A DNA stretch of 64,000 nucleotides from Octopus vulgaris (GCA_951406725.2 OX597823.1:97836001-97900000), one strand, 5' to 3'. Positions 46,191 to 60,542 are shown, counted from the stretch's first letter. Notes: generated by a model from the letters alone, not told the origin. Made by a program: numbers and translations.

Positions 46191-49100
46191 TTAACCAAAA
46201 AATTAAGGAATATCTGGATTTAACGAAGGAAATGCAAAATCAAATTAATGCAAAAATTCCATTCGGGGCTTATGTAGGAAGTTGCTTTACGCCAGGTCAA
46301 ACACTGGTTTAGTAAACCTTTGATCGAAGACAATCCAGCCGTGATCGCAACATCTTGTTTTTAAGATCGCTAAATTTAAATATTGTTTTTAATTCGGTTA
46401 GGATTCGATGTTTTTTATGGCTTTAGCAGAAGTTAGCTAATTTTGGACTACGTTATTCAATGTGACATTTCTTTTTGTAAGGCAAGTAGCAGATAATTTG
46501 ATATTTGCTGTTATTTCTACCTGGTCGAGAGACAACTTTGAAACAAGAGTTCCAAATCTTTTTGACAGTGACTCATTTTGGTGAACCAAAGGACTTTCGT
46601 GATCTCGTTTCTCCAAATATTTTATTAAAAGCGAAAAAAATTTATAAAATGTAATAAAATTAATATCCCATATTTTTTCTTAGTGAAGGCGTATGGGTTC
46701 TTTATTGATCCGGGTGACTTGTATTTTGCTAATGTACCTAAGTACAACGAGAACTAATAGAGTACTAGCGCATCCCGTTCTGCCTCCTACATTCTGGATG
46801 TTCCGTTGGGTGGAAAGGGCTAACTGAGTGTACCTATGCCTATTAGCTCTATTACTTAGGTGCCTAAAACCATTAGTGAGAGCGCGATAAATATTTGTTG
46901 CTCATACTCTGTTGCCAGTGACGTTTGTAATTTAGTTAGATACATCTCTTAAGGGAACATTCCTTGGTTTGGTTTGCAGTAAATGCGGATTTTTTTTCTT
47001 TTGCTTTTCAATCATTGTGCTTTTGTTACGAGTGCTACTTAGAGGATTAAACTTTGTAACTGAATAAGCAAGCATCCTGGTTTAAATTTCAGGTTGAAAC
47101 TACTTCATTTATATCGTTATAAATCTATAAACGTGCGCTCTTCTCTATTTTATAGATTGTCATTAACGCTAGAATATGTGTATATACACGACTTATTATA
47201 TAACAAATTCACGCACATTTTATATTTTATCAAACATTTCAATAGTAAAAGGTAGTCTTCGCAACTCTTTCATTGTGATTATAATGTAACCAAAGTTGAA
47301 TTACAACCTATAGATTGGAGAGCGATAGCTTTAGAAAAATTAGTATCGAACAGTAAAGCTTACTGAATAAGACAAATATACTTATATTAGACAAATATAC
47401 TTATAAGCTCCTGCATAATGTTCGTCTACCAAATTTCACTTACGGAGTGCTCATCAACACAAGGTCATTGTAGTGAATACTTGACCAAGGTGCCACGCAG
47501 TGCGTTTGAACTCGAAACCACGAAGTTGACTGCAAAACGACCTTCTTAACTGCGCCTTTAGATTCTCTCTCTCTCCCTCCCCTCTCTCTCTCCTTCCCCT
47601 CCGCCCTCTCCCTGCTTCTATAGCAACCATCATTTCTATTTCTTGTTTGTTTGTTTTTATTTAATCAGAGTATATTTGTTGTAAATATTGTTGCTAGAGT
47701 CACACGATACCAGAGTGTACAGTTCTAAGTTGAAACCGCATCACTTGCATAATTATAGGTGCATGGATATCACAACGTGCACGCATCCCTTTTCTATGAA
47801 ATGTCATTAAAGCTAAACTATGCGAATAAACATTGTCTTTGTAAATAGATTGATAACATTTTTTTTCTTCAAATATTATTGTGAAGCCTTAACAATGTAT
47901 GAAAGGGGTTATTGAGAAGTTGTGATGGTTATACTTTCCGCAATAATGTGGAATTATAGATGAGAAAGAATCGAGAAAGAGATAAAAAAAAGAAACAAAA
48001 CATGAAATTTTAAAATGATAGAGAGAAAGAAGAAGGAAAAAATGAATAAGATAAGAAATAGAGAGAGGCAGGGGATGGCATGGGGATGAAAATTAGGGCG
48101 AGAATTTGGGAGAGAACAATATAAATAAAAGGAGAACGAAAGAACGATTTAATACAAGGAAGAGAAGAGACGTAAAAATAAAATAAAGGGTAAAGAAAGA
48201 GAAAACCGCACAGAGTGAACGAAAGTGGGTGTTGCACTTTTAGAAAGGCAGAAGGAAAAAGCAATAAGAATGAGAGAATGATAGAGAGAAAGAGTGAATG
48301 AAATAGCTAAGCTGTCAGTGGTCGTTGAAGTGGTTACTTGGGAACTGTACTAACTGCTACTTTAGTTTTGATAAGATACCGTGCTTCCTTCAGATGTGTA
48401 GAAGAAGGATTCTAGTGGTCTTTTTTTAGTTTCGTCTTCACTTTCATTTTGATTGTGTATTTGGAGGTGTGTGTGTGTGTGTGTGTGTCCCACTCTCTCG
48501 TACGGCACTTCGCTCTGATTAGATCGTTTGGTGAGAAACGGTAACAACCACTCAAGGTTACACAGTTGCATAGCCTTCTTGTCTGTTTTCAAAGACAAAA
48601 ATTAACGGTGTCTTATTGTAATTGAGTCTGACCAAAAGCTGACCATACCAGGAATTATAAAGGTGGGTACGTAGCGGATAACAGTTTTTCTTTATCTATT
48701 GTTTTTTTCGTCGTTTAATTAATTTTTTTTTTTAAATCAACCAACTCCAAATATTCTGTTTAATTGAGTCTTAAGTTTTAAAGCTTCATTTAATTAATAA
48801 AGCAGTTCTTACAGCGTAAAAGAGGGGAGTTCATAGTTACGTACACATAGGTAACGAATACGTTTAAGTATACCTTTATTACTCATACATTTATAATGTA
48901 CGCGTGTATATGGTATGAATATATGTTCATGCAGGCTGCTGGAAAAATCATTCAACATTTACAACGTATGCAGGCAGATTGGCCATGTGTCTGTCTCTCA
49001 ACGTTCTTAGTATATATTATACCTAGTACTAACCATGCAAAGGGGTTAAACATACGGAATTTTGTGTAAGGGAAAAAATATTGGATCTACATCGTAAGAG

Positions 49101-49821
49101 AATCTTCATTACTAAATTATTGATTTTATTATCTTAAATAAAATTGCATGATTGATAATAACAAAAATTATTCCATTTTTCCTTAAAAAGGAAGTTAACA
49201 AAGCCTGATAATTAAATCACACATTCTGTTTATTACTTTAACATGATTTTTCGGTGATTTAATTTCAAGGAAGGTTTTTTTTCTTTCTTTTCTTTTCTTT
49301 TTTTTGTTTCGTTTTTGTAAGTAAAATTTCAATATGCAAAACGATATTATACGTACGATAATTTACATTCAATACGACAATGTTTTACAACTGACATAAA
49401 ATTTAATTGCAAATAATAGATAATTAGTTCCATGTCAAATACATGGATGCATCGTTAAGAATCGTCTTGTGACCACGTGCTTCTTGGTTCGATCCCAAGG
49501 TGCGTCGATTTAAATACTGCTTTCTATTAGAATTTCTCGTTCATGAGAATTTTGTACGTCTGTATGAATATATATATATATATGTATATATATATAATGC
49601 TTGTATAATCTATGTGTGTGTGTATATATATATATATATATAATGCCTGTATGTATGTATATATGTAATGCCTGTATGTATGTATATATAATGCGTGTAT
49701 ATATCTATATATGTGTTTGTGTGTGTGTATCAGTAGAGAATATATTAACTTCTTATAGGGATGATTACATCCAAGAAAACACTGGTTCTATACCTAATAT
49801 ATTCATATATACATATACGCA

Positions 49822-49865
<44 letters not shown>

Positions 49866-50689
49866 GGGGGGGGATGTCCAGTGACAGAAGACTGCGAAGA
49901 TCCATGGAATAATGAGATCAGCGGATGCCTTGTATATGTGTGTGTGTGTGTTTTGGTTTTCTTTCGATATAGATATTTTATTTGTCATTCCTTCCTTGTT
50001 TTGATGGCGTGTTCGGTAAAATCTGTAAAAAGATTTTTATGTATTTATGTTTTTGTTTTGATATACCTATTTCTTTATTACCCACAAGGGGCTGAACATA
50101 GAGGGGACAAACATGGACAGACATAGGTATTAAGTCGATTATATCGACCCAAAAGGATGAAATACGGCAGACGACCGCCGACGTGCTCGATTCTGCTACC
50201 ACACATGCTTTGATGATCAAGACCGACTCTCATTCTCTTGATAGCTTCCATCACCGACACACTCGCACACATACACAGACAGTCAAATACACACACAGTC
50301 ATTCACACACGTACACAGTCATTCACACACACACTCAGTTATCCACACACATACACAGACATGTACATAAATCTGTTTAATGCTTAATGTATTTTTTTGC
50401 TCTTGTTATACTTAATTTTTATATAGTTGTTTTTTTACGAATCATCTTATTTTTAGATTTATTTTTGCACTTTTTTGCCGTTTCTTGAACCTTCATACAT
50501 ACATGATGGGTTTTCCGTCGGTTTCAACGATGAGCATTCAGTAGTTCGATCAAATGAATTACTCAAATTAACGTATAAGTGGCTGAGTATTCCACAAACA
50601 CGTGTAACCCTTAATGTAATTCTCAGACAGAATCAGCGAGACACATTGTATGACAAGGCTGTGCCTTTGAAATACATACATAAACGCAC

Positions 50690-52900
50690 ACAGTGCCTGT
50701 GGCTGGTGCAAAGTCCCTTCCAGAGCTAGAGTAACTTGGTGGTGGAATAATACTGTAGACAGGGCCAGTAGAGCAAAGAAACAAGCCTGGAAGAGTGGGA
50801 GTAGCAGGGAACTGTATCCTAGCCAGAAGGAAAGCTTGATCACAGCTATATATATAGCCTAGGGGGAATCAGAAAAGAAGTTTGCCAATGTTCAGTGACG
50901 TGAGGACCAGAGTACTGAAGTATTTCGGATTGCAAGACAGTGTGTGAGAGAAAATTGTGATGTCATAGGAGAGAAATGTGTCTGCATGGATGATGATGCA
51001 TTTGCAGAGGGACCAGCTATCCGAGTTGACAGTACCTTGGTAGATAAAGCAATTAAGAGTATGAAGACAAGGAAAGCCCTTGGCCCATCAGGAATCACTG
51101 CAGAGATGCTCAAAATATCTGGCAGTGTCGGCTATAGCCTAGTCACCCGTGTGGTTAACCAGGTGATACACGGAGAAGTCATACCCAATGACTGGTGTAG
51201 CAGCATAATAGTCAACTGCTACAAAGGTAAAGGTGACGCTTTAGATACAAATAGTTACAGAGGTATCAAGTTGTTAGATCAGGTAATGAAGGTCACAGAG
51301 AGGGTCATAGCCCAACTAATTAGGGAGAGAGTCAGTTTAGATGAGATGCAGTTTGGGTTCATGCCAGGGAAAAGCACTACTGATGCTATATTTCTGGTAA
51401 GACAGGTGCAGGAGAAATACCTAGCCAAAGATAAATCTCTGTACCTGGCTTTTGTTGACATGGAGAAAGCGTTCGACAGGGTCCCCCGATCCCTTATCTG
51501 GTGGTCAATGAGGAAACTAGGGATAGATGAATGGTTAGTGAGAGCTGTGCGAGCCATGTACAGGGACGCTGTCAGTAAGGTGAGGGTTGGCAACGAGTAC
51601 AATGAAGAATTCCGGGTGGAGGTAGGGGTCCACCAAGGTTCAGTCCTTAGCCCCCTCCTATTTATCATAGTCCTCCAGGCAATAACAGAGGAATTCAAGA
51701 CAGGATGCCCCTGGGAGCTCCTCTATGCTGATGACCTTGCTCTAATTGCTGAGTCACTATCAGAACTGGAGAAGTTTCTGATGTGGAAGCAAAGATTAGA
51801 ATCAAAGGGCCTTAGAGTCAACCTAGCTAAAACCAAAGTCCTAATAAGTAGGAAGGCAGGCAAACCACAAATCCCTTCAGGTAGATAGCCCTCCTCAATC
51901 TGTAGTAGAGGCATAGGTAGAAACTCTATAATATGTAAGCTATGGACACATAAGAAGTGCAGCAATATCAAAGGAAGGCTAACTGGGAAGATAGTTTTGG
52001 TATATGGCAGATGCTCAGGAGCAATAATTACTGAAAATGTGCAGAGAACAACTTCTGCCACTTTCCAGGGAGAAAAACTAGAAATAGTTGATAGCTTCCA
52101 TTACCTAGGTGACCTAGTCAGTAGCAGAGGAGGGTGTGCTGAAAATGTAGCTGCTAGAATAAGAATAGCCTGGGCAAAGTTTAGAGAGCTCTTACTGGTG
52201 ACAAAGGGCCTCTTACTCATAGTAAAAGATAGACTGTATGACGCATGTGTACGAACAGCCATGCTACATGGCAGTGAAACATGGGCCGTGACTGCTGAGG
52301 ACATGCGTAAGCTCGCAAGGAATGAAGGCAGTATGATCCGATGGATGTGTAATGTCAGTGTTCATACTCAACAGCGTGTAAGTACCTTGAGAGAAAAGTT
52401 GGACCTAAGAAGCATCAGTTATGGTGTGCAAGAGAGACGACTGCGCTTGTATGGTCATGTAGTGAGAATGGATGAGGATAACTGTGTGAAAAAGTGCCAC
52501 ACCCTAGCAGTTGAGTGAACCTGTGGAAGAGGTAGACCCAGGAAGACCTGGGATGAGGTGGTGAAGCATGACCTTCAAACATTGGGCCTCACCGAGGCAA
52601 TGACTAGTGACCGGGACCTTTGGAAATATGCTGTGCTGCAGAAGACTCAGCAAGCTCAAGTGAGACCATAACCTTGTGGCCTATGCCAGGGGTGTAACCA
52701 GCCCACTTATGCGTACCTTTCCTTCATTGGACACTAAACTCTGCTTGTGAAGACCTGTTGAGGCAAGTGAAATCGAAATCAAATTCAATGACTGGCATCT
52801 GTGGTAGTGGAGTGCTAAGAGTACCATTCGAGCGTGATCGTTACCTGCGTCACCTTACTAGCACTTATGCTGGTGGCACATGAAAAAACATTCGAGCGAG
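50690..52900 (+). mobile_element. RTE-clade LINE, 5'-truncated, RT domain largely intact
   Basis: ORF 50944-51888 KALGPSG, QFGFMPGKST, FVDMEKAFD, GVHQGSVLSP, LYADD; ORF 51997-52518 FHYLG, HGSETW. Confidence 0.95.
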
Positions 52901-53134
52901 TGGGGAGATGTTAGAGATAAAGTCGTTCAGGAAGAAAGAAATGGTAAGCAGTGGTGCAGATGGTATGGAGAACAGCAGTATGATAACTCTGTGAATAGAT
53001 CAGAAAGTAGGAAGATGACGTAGAGAGTAAGAGTGGGGGGAAGAGGTAACTGGAAGCATAGCAAATGGGGTGATTGGTGGAAAGTAGTGTAGGAAGGGAT
53101 GATAATGAAAATGAGGGATGGAGGAAATAGAACA

Positions 53135-53560
53135 GTTTTCACCACTTCATCCCATGTCTTTCTGGATCTCCCTCTTCCACAAGTTGGATCCACTTTAAGT
53201 GATCAGCACTTCTTTCATTGCAATCTCCTCTCTTGTATGCTAGACTTGATTACTCTTATACCTAATTTTTCTCTCAACACATTTATGAACCAAATGGTTC
53301 ATACTAGCTTCATTCCTCTCCAGTCTTCACATAACCTCTGCATCCAGGACCCACATCTCTCTACCATATAGCATTGCTGTTAGCACACACGTATCATACA
53401 GTTTGTCTTGCACTCTCATAGAGGCACCTTTTGTTCTTCTCTAGCCAGTTCTTATTGAAGCAACTAAATTTTCAGAACATCCTCCTTTACTGCTAGGTAT
53501 GTTACCTAGGTAACAGAAACTATTTTCTACCTCTGGGGAGCCTTCTGATCATTTGAGGGT
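53135..53560 (-). mobile_element. Degenerate RTE LINE fragment in inverted orientation
   Basis: PTCGRGRSRKTWDEVVK; similar to 52080-52570. Confidence 0.7.
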
Positions 53561-53635
53561 TCATCCTGATAATTCATTAGAGCTATTTTAATTCCTTCCT
53601 GCTCCACCCCAGTTACTCCTACCACTCTTCTTTAA

Positions 53636-53857
53636 CCCTTTTAGCATTTAAACCGGTTATATCCGGCCAAAAGTATTCTGCTTGTTTTATGTTCAAACTG
53701 GCCAGATCTGGTCTCTCAGACCAAACCTACAATATCGTTTTAAAAATTAACAGCTACCTCATCAAAATCTCATAGCTACAAGATAATGCATGATTAGTTC
53801 AAAACAATGTGGATAAAAAAGGATTAATTTTGGTAGAATAATGCGAACACTAAAGGG
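53636..53857. mobile_element. piggyBac-like MITE
   Basis: TTAA|CCCTTT...AAAGGG|TTAA; partial relatives at ~21163-21340 and ~22730-22860. Confidence 0.8.
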
Positions 53858-53870
53858 TTAATGTGGTTTT

Positions 53871-53995
53871 GTGGCTTTTTTCTACCTAAGGAATCTGTCA
53901 AAATCACAGCCAACAATATCACTAGAGAGACTAAATTATTTGGTGTTGCTATCTATAGAAAGTGACATTATAAAAGCTATTGACTTTGAAGTGAA
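53871..53995 (+). mobile_element. hAT transposase C-terminal dimerisation fragment
   Basis: TISLERLNYLVLLSIESD matches the STMxQERLNxLxLLSIE pattern. Confidence 0.55.
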
Positions 53996-54113
53996 TTCCT
54001 TACATAGTTATGTTCCTGCTGCTCTCCATACCTTCTGCACCACTGCTTATCATTTCTTTCTTCCTGAACCACTTTATCTCTCACATCTCCCCCCTCCTCC
54101 AAAATGATATTTA

Positions 54114-54348
54114 CCTATTTCTTTACTACCCACAAGGGGCTAAACACAGAGAGGACAAACAAGGACAGACAAACAGATTAAGTCAATTATATATCGACCC
54201 CAGTGCGTAACTGGTACTTAATTTATCAACCCTGAAAGGATGAAAGGTAAAGTCGACCTCGGCAGAATTTGAACTCAGAACGTAACAGCAGGCGAAATAC
54301 CACAAAGCATTTCACCCAGCGTACTAACGATTCTGCCAGCTTGCCGCC
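54114..54348 (-). mobile_element. tRNA-derived SINE, family of 7490-7722
   Basis: Full-length similarity. Confidence 0.85.
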
Positions 54349-54424
54349 CTTCCATCCAACCATCCAACCTATGCCAGCATGGGAAAAGAACAGCAAATAA
54401 GGATGCTAATGATAATATATATTA

Positions 54425-54815
54425 TCCCCCATTATTTACTTCCCTCCCAAAATTCACAAGCCCAACAACCCTAACCACCCCATCATCACTGCCTACAACT
54501 GCCCCACAGAAATGGTCTCCAAATATCTCAACTGTATCCTTGCCCCACAAGTGGCTTCCCTTCCCTCCCATATCCATGATACTAACCATGCTCTCCATCT
54601 CTTTAACTATTTCTCCTTCCCTTTTTGGCCCCTCTAAATTTCTGTTCACTCTTGATATCAAGAATTTATATATGGTGACCCCCACACAATGAAGAACTTC
54701 TTGTGCTGAAACACTTTCTGGACCTTCAAAACCTGACCCACCCAACCTGACACCTCCACACTTCTTCATCTAACCGAACTTGTTCTCTCCTTCAACTGCT
54801 TCTTGTTTGCGGGGG
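54425..54815 (+). mobile_element. Penelope-like reverse transcriptase fragment
   Basis: YFPPKIHKPNNP.HPII...CPTEMVSKYL...LPSHIHDTNH...LFTLDIKNLY...ELVLSFNCF (frameshifted). Confidence 0.8.
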
Positions 54816-55477
54816 ATTTTTAATGTTCCATGCTTGCATTAGGAAAGGCATCCAGCTGTAGAAACTCTGCCAGATCAAGATTGGAGCCTGGTGCAGCCAT
54901 CTGGTTCGCCAGCCCTCAGTCAAAATCGTCCAACCCATGCTAGCATGAAAAGCAGACGTTAAACGATGATGATGATGATGCTTGCATGGGTTGGATGGAA
55001 TTTTGTTGAGGCAGATTTTAAGTATACTAAAATGACCAGATATGTTTTCACAGAAAACTGCAAATGAAAGGCATCTCTTGCATGACAAAGACAGTAACAC
55101 ACAAACACACACATATCTTCTATCTTTTATTTGTTTCAGTCATGAGACTGCGGCCATGTTGGAGCATGGGCGCCATCTTGAAGAATTTTTAATTGAATGA
55201 ATTGACCCCGGTACTCATTTTTTAAAGCCTGGTTCTTATTTTATTGGTCTCTTACTCAACCACTAACTATATATATCTATATATATATAGATTATTTTAT
55301 TTATTAGGGAATAAAAATTCCAGCGTCACAGGGATTCAAATAAAATGAATTATTCTCGATAAGGAAATATATGTCATTTAGAGATAGAAGTCCCCACGCA
55401 AAACATCAAATCCTAATATACATCACACCATATCATTGAATTTTATTTTAATACTTACTAATCATTTCTAAATTTCT

Positions 55478-55572
55478 CTGCTACACGTGTTTCTTGAGGT
55501 TTGTTTTACCGTTCCTTAAACACACAGTCTTTTACAGGAACATTTCTTAAGCGCAACCCCAATCGTCAGGCC
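55478..55572 (-). ncRNA. Type I minimal hammerhead ribozyme with extended stem II
   Basis: Minus strand: GGC-CTGACGA-TTGGGGTT...AACCTCAA-GAAA-CACGTG-TA-GC; palindromic stem III; stem I only ~2 bp. Confidence 0.65.
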
Positions 55573-57540
55573 TCTAAATAACTTTATTACAATTCAATAC
55601 CAATTTCTATATTTTAATATTTTAACAGTTACGAATGTAATTAACAGACAAATATGCGTTTGTGCAAATAAATTCGCCAAAACTTACAAAACTAAAGTCA
55701 AACGTGACTTATGCCTATAAACATACATATAGATTAATAATATGTAGGAATGAAAATTAAAATATATACTAGTGATGATATAATAATGAAAACAATGACA
55801 AAGAAATATATATTCGAATAAAAACTATAGTTAAAAGTGGACGTAAAGAAATGCGAATGAATGACAAAATGCAAAAAGAGATATAAAGGAAATCAATGGA
55901 GAAAAAAATTTACAAATGATAAAATATATTATATACACACACACACACACACACAGTAATCCCTCGGTTATCGTGGATGTTACATTCCAGAACACCTACA
56001 ATAGATGGAAATCCATGAAGTAGAAACAGTAATTTATGTTATTAGTGTTATTAATATTGTAGTCTTCTAATGTTGATTATTATACCAATGAATACTAACA
56101 GTGTGCAGTCACATTTTCCATTAGATTTTCCATGACCTCTGATGTTCTGACATGCTTTTGAAATGTTTCATGGGGTGGGGGATTTTTGTTTTGATTGGAT
56201 TGAGAACAAGTCCTAGTTCAAAACAATGCTCTGCAGTCATATTGAGGAGGTGGCGGTGGTGGTGGTTGATTATCTTGTGCTACTTCTAATCTAAATAGTA
56301 GATAGTTCTCTTGTGAAGATAGAATTACTCCACTTGACAGTACAATGGCTCTGGCATCAATCCAAACATTTCCTTATTTTTGTGGTATTTCTCTATTTGC
56401 TATATAATGATGCTACAGAATGGTTCCATTATGTTTTATAAAAGTATTTCAGCTAACTAATAATAGAGATCCATCAAAATATTTACAAATGACTATATTG
56501 TTATGTAATAATTATCTACAAGATCATGTCCTTAGGAAATCTTCATTTCTTTTTAACCTTATTGAAAAATAAAACTATCTCTTAGTATTTAAATACTAAA
56601 TATTGTATTCAGCTACTTGTAAACTGTATATGTGCTCCTTTTATTCTTAAATATAACAAAAGCTTGCTTTGCATCTGATGTGACTGAATTACAGATGGGA
56701 TACTGAGTGTCACCTATTTCTTTTTTTTTTTTCCCCACAAATAAAGTAGGAGTTGGCATTTGTCTTATGCACAAAAGCATCTTCTGCAAGAACAGTTATG
56801 GTAAATAAGACAGCTGCTCCAAACAATTTATACAAAAATTTGAAATTTCCAAAATTGTCAATTCTCAAAGCATAACCTTTATTTTAATAAAATTATTTGT
56901 ACAGTGTTAGTGATTAATTGAACTTTCTTTATTTTTTTATATATTTAGCTACATTCTGCACTGATCTATATAGTACAGAAGTTTGGGAGGCAATACTGAA
57001 GAATGTACTGTGCAGGTCATCCTGATGCGGTACCAGCCAGCCAGAAATTTACATTACTTAAAAAGCTGGTGTACTGCCAATGATCCTCCAGTGTTTGCAG
57101 GGAAGGACTCTGCTATTGATATTTTATCTCCAATTAAGCCAGTAAGCTGGCAGAATCATTACTGCACCAGACAAAATGCTTAGCAGTATTTCATCCAATT
57201 TTACATTCTGAGTTCAAATTCCACCAGGGTCAGATTTGCCTTTCATCCTTTCAGGGTCGATAAAATAAGTACCAGTTAAGCACTGGAGTCAATATAATTG
57301 AGTTACACCCTCCTGCAAAAGTGCTGGCCTCATGCCAAAATTTGAAACCAATATTTTATCTCCAATTGTCATTTCAGCAGCATCAACATCTTAGATTTGA
57401 GTCTGTTTCCCTTTTGAAATGGATTTCACTGTTTCTTGGAGTGCCTTTTAGCATAGTCTTCATATTCATAGCCAGCCTGGAGCTAAACAATGTTTCTAGC
57501 CAACCGAATTCTCTTACAGCAACTTCACTACTTTCATAAT

Positions 57541-60500
57541 TGTTATAATGTGGATCCTTGTCCACTTGTATGTTGTAATATTCTTGTCCCCACTATTATG
57601 CTGCGGTGGTATTTCGCATCTTATCTTTGACTCATCTATTGTGCTATCACTGATAGCTCTGCAAGACAATGACTTTGAAACGTTTACTTTCAAGGTAACT
57701 CAAACTCGTATATATCACGTAACTGACACTGATTCCAACTGAGAACTTGTACAATATCTCTACTCTACTGACTTCCTACAACAACTGTCTGACTTAATAG
57801 TGGCTCTCATACCACTTTGTCATGTGGGAAGGAGTGTACCATTTTCACTACATCTTCCCTTTTAGTTATTTTTTTTCTTTGGGAAGCAAGCAATTTTATT
57901 TTACTTCAATCACTTCTCCTCCCTTTTTTTTTTCCAGCTTAATATTTTTATTTTTGGCATCTATTTGTAGAAAGTCTGTGTTCTTCCTTTTTCTTCCTGT
58001 ACACATGGATTCAACCACCTGTAATGGTCTTGGTACCTAGAATGTATCATACAGCCATTCTATACATTCTTCCAATCTGTTTGGTTAATTTTCTATGAAT
58101 CTCTTCTTCAATTGGTTTCTGTGTCTTATTTAATACCTTTTCTGTTTTTAATTCCGTACGTCATTTTCCCTATGCACTTGCTGGTGTATTGGGGTTCGGT
58201 GTCACCCTGTATACCCTTAGGAATTGCTGCAGAGCAACTTCGTCTGTGGTTTCTTTGTTTACTTTTCTCAAAGCTCTTTTAAAAATATCCACAAAACGCT
58301 CTGCCTGTCCATTTGATCTGGGATGGTAAGTCACTATTGTTTTATGTTCTACTGTGAACATTTCGCTGAATTTTCTAAATTCACTGGATACAAATTGTGT
58401 TTCATTATCGAATACAATCACATCTGGTATGCCAAATCTTGTGAATAATTGGTGCAAAAAATTTATTACAATTGAGGCAGTTGGTCTTTTGCACTTGACA
58501 ATTTCCAGCCATTTTGTAAAACTGTCAACTACTACTAAGTAGTAATAACCATTTAATGGACCCACAAAACCGATATGTAGTCTTGACCATGGACTTTTTA
58601 CTTCTGGCCAAAGCTCCCATTTTTTTAGTAGACAATTTTGCTGCAGACCACATCCTCTGCAGCCTTTTACTACGTTTTTGACTTCCTTGTCCACCTTCAG
58701 CCAATACACATAACTGAGCATAAGCACTTTCATCCTTGCTGCCCAGTCTGAATTGTCAACTTTTTCAATTATAGCTAAACTTTCTTGTCTTTCTAGCTCT
58801 TTATTGATCTGGTCCAATGCAACATATGGCACATTCTGTTCAGGCCTAAAAACAGATGCTACCTCTTCTTTTACTGCAATCCTCGCTTTTGTTTTAGTGC
58901 AACAGCCTAATCCTTCCAAAAAAACATTTGGAAACAATTCTTTAATTTTTTGTCTCAGTTGTTCAACATTTGAACTTATAACTGTGCCAACTACATTTTC
59001 ACAGAGAACACTATCCCACATTTTAAATAACTCCATGCATTCTGTGCCAAATAGGTTTAGGAATTTTTTTCAACACATAAACGATTGTCCTTTTCATTTC
59101 ACCTCAAAAAGTTACATTGCAGATACATTCACCAATGAAATATAACTTCTTTCCTGTCATACCATATGCTACTTTATTTGATTTAAATGATTTCGGCTTA
59201 TTGATTTGTTATCATGTTTCTTCATTTATGATAGTGATGTCACTACCCATGTCTAATTGCATTTTGACATTAGTGGTTTCGATTCTTACCTTGATGAATT
59301 TTCTGTTCATTGTACAAACGTTTTCCTCTGATGACAAACTATTTATATTTTCTTGTTTGGTCCAGTTTTTCATCATCTTAGTTCTACAGTGTAATTTAAT
59401 GTGTCCTGTGTTCCCACAGGACACTTCGCTTTCTTGAACAGACACTCTTTTCTCAGGTGCCTACCCCCATGTCATACATAGGTTTATATCCTGATATATA
59501 TCGTGATTTTTGTGAAATACTTTATCCGTCTTCCAACTCTTCCACACTGGTTTATCTATAAACAATCTCTGTGTTGGATTTCTTCTGTGTCCTGCCTTAC
59601 TTTTATTATCATATTGCACTCTTCTGACAGTTCATTTCTAGCTTTGTGAGAATTTCCATTCTGACTTCTGTGATCTTTTTAGCAGTAAGTCCACGAGCAA
59701 AAACCAGGCACTTGAATGAGTCTGGGGTTAGTTTATCCAGTTTAAATCTCTTGCACTTTCTGTTCACTCTTCCTGCATATGTAGTTAAAGTCTTCATCAT
59801 TGCTTTTCTCAGTGTTCAAATACTTCCAGCAGATTTTGATTTTTTTGATTTTTCCAGTTTCAGCTAATGAGCTGTGGCCATGCTGGGGCACCATGCCTTG
59901 AAAGTGATTCCTTCTTCCGGGTTGTATTTGAATTCATTTATTAAATTTACTACGTGGTCTGGCGAAGACATATTTTCCAGTTTTGTTACCAACTTCATTA
60001 GTTGCAGCATTTGTTGTTGTTCTTGTTGTTCATTGAGTTGTTGCTGTTTTTGCAAGTCAACTAAACCCTCTAACAAGTTTTCCATAATTTTACGGATTTT
60101 TCATAAAATATATACAACAAAAATGTTTGTTACTCTTCTATCAAGTTTTTAATTTCTCCACATCGTCCACATAGATTGCTTATTTTCTTGTGAAAAAATT
60201 TTGTTTTCAACGTTGTCCACATGAATTGTTTACATCAAGGATCCATGAATTGTTATAACATGGATCCTCATCCACATGTATGTTGTCATCAGCACTGGTG
60301 GTATTTCATATCTCATCACCATTGATTCGTCTATTGTGCTATCGTTGAAAGCTCCACAAGACAATGACTTGAAACATCTACCTTGCTGGTAACTCAGACT
60401 TGTATATATCACATAACTGACACTGACTCCAACTGAGAACTCGTACAATGACTCTACTACTAGTGACTCCCTGACTGTCTGAATTTATAATGGCCCTCAT

Positions 60501-60542
60501 ACCATTTTGTCACATGGGAAGGAGTGTACCATTTTCACTACA
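57541..60542 (-). mobile_element. Gypsy (Mag-like) LTR element with both LTRs and an internal RT-RNase H deletion
   Basis: LTRs 57541-57852 and 60251-60542 (TG...CA); PPT next to 57853; TSD ATAAT/ACAAT; gag, LDMGSDIT protease, rve integrase in ORF 58170-59036. Confidence 0.92.
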
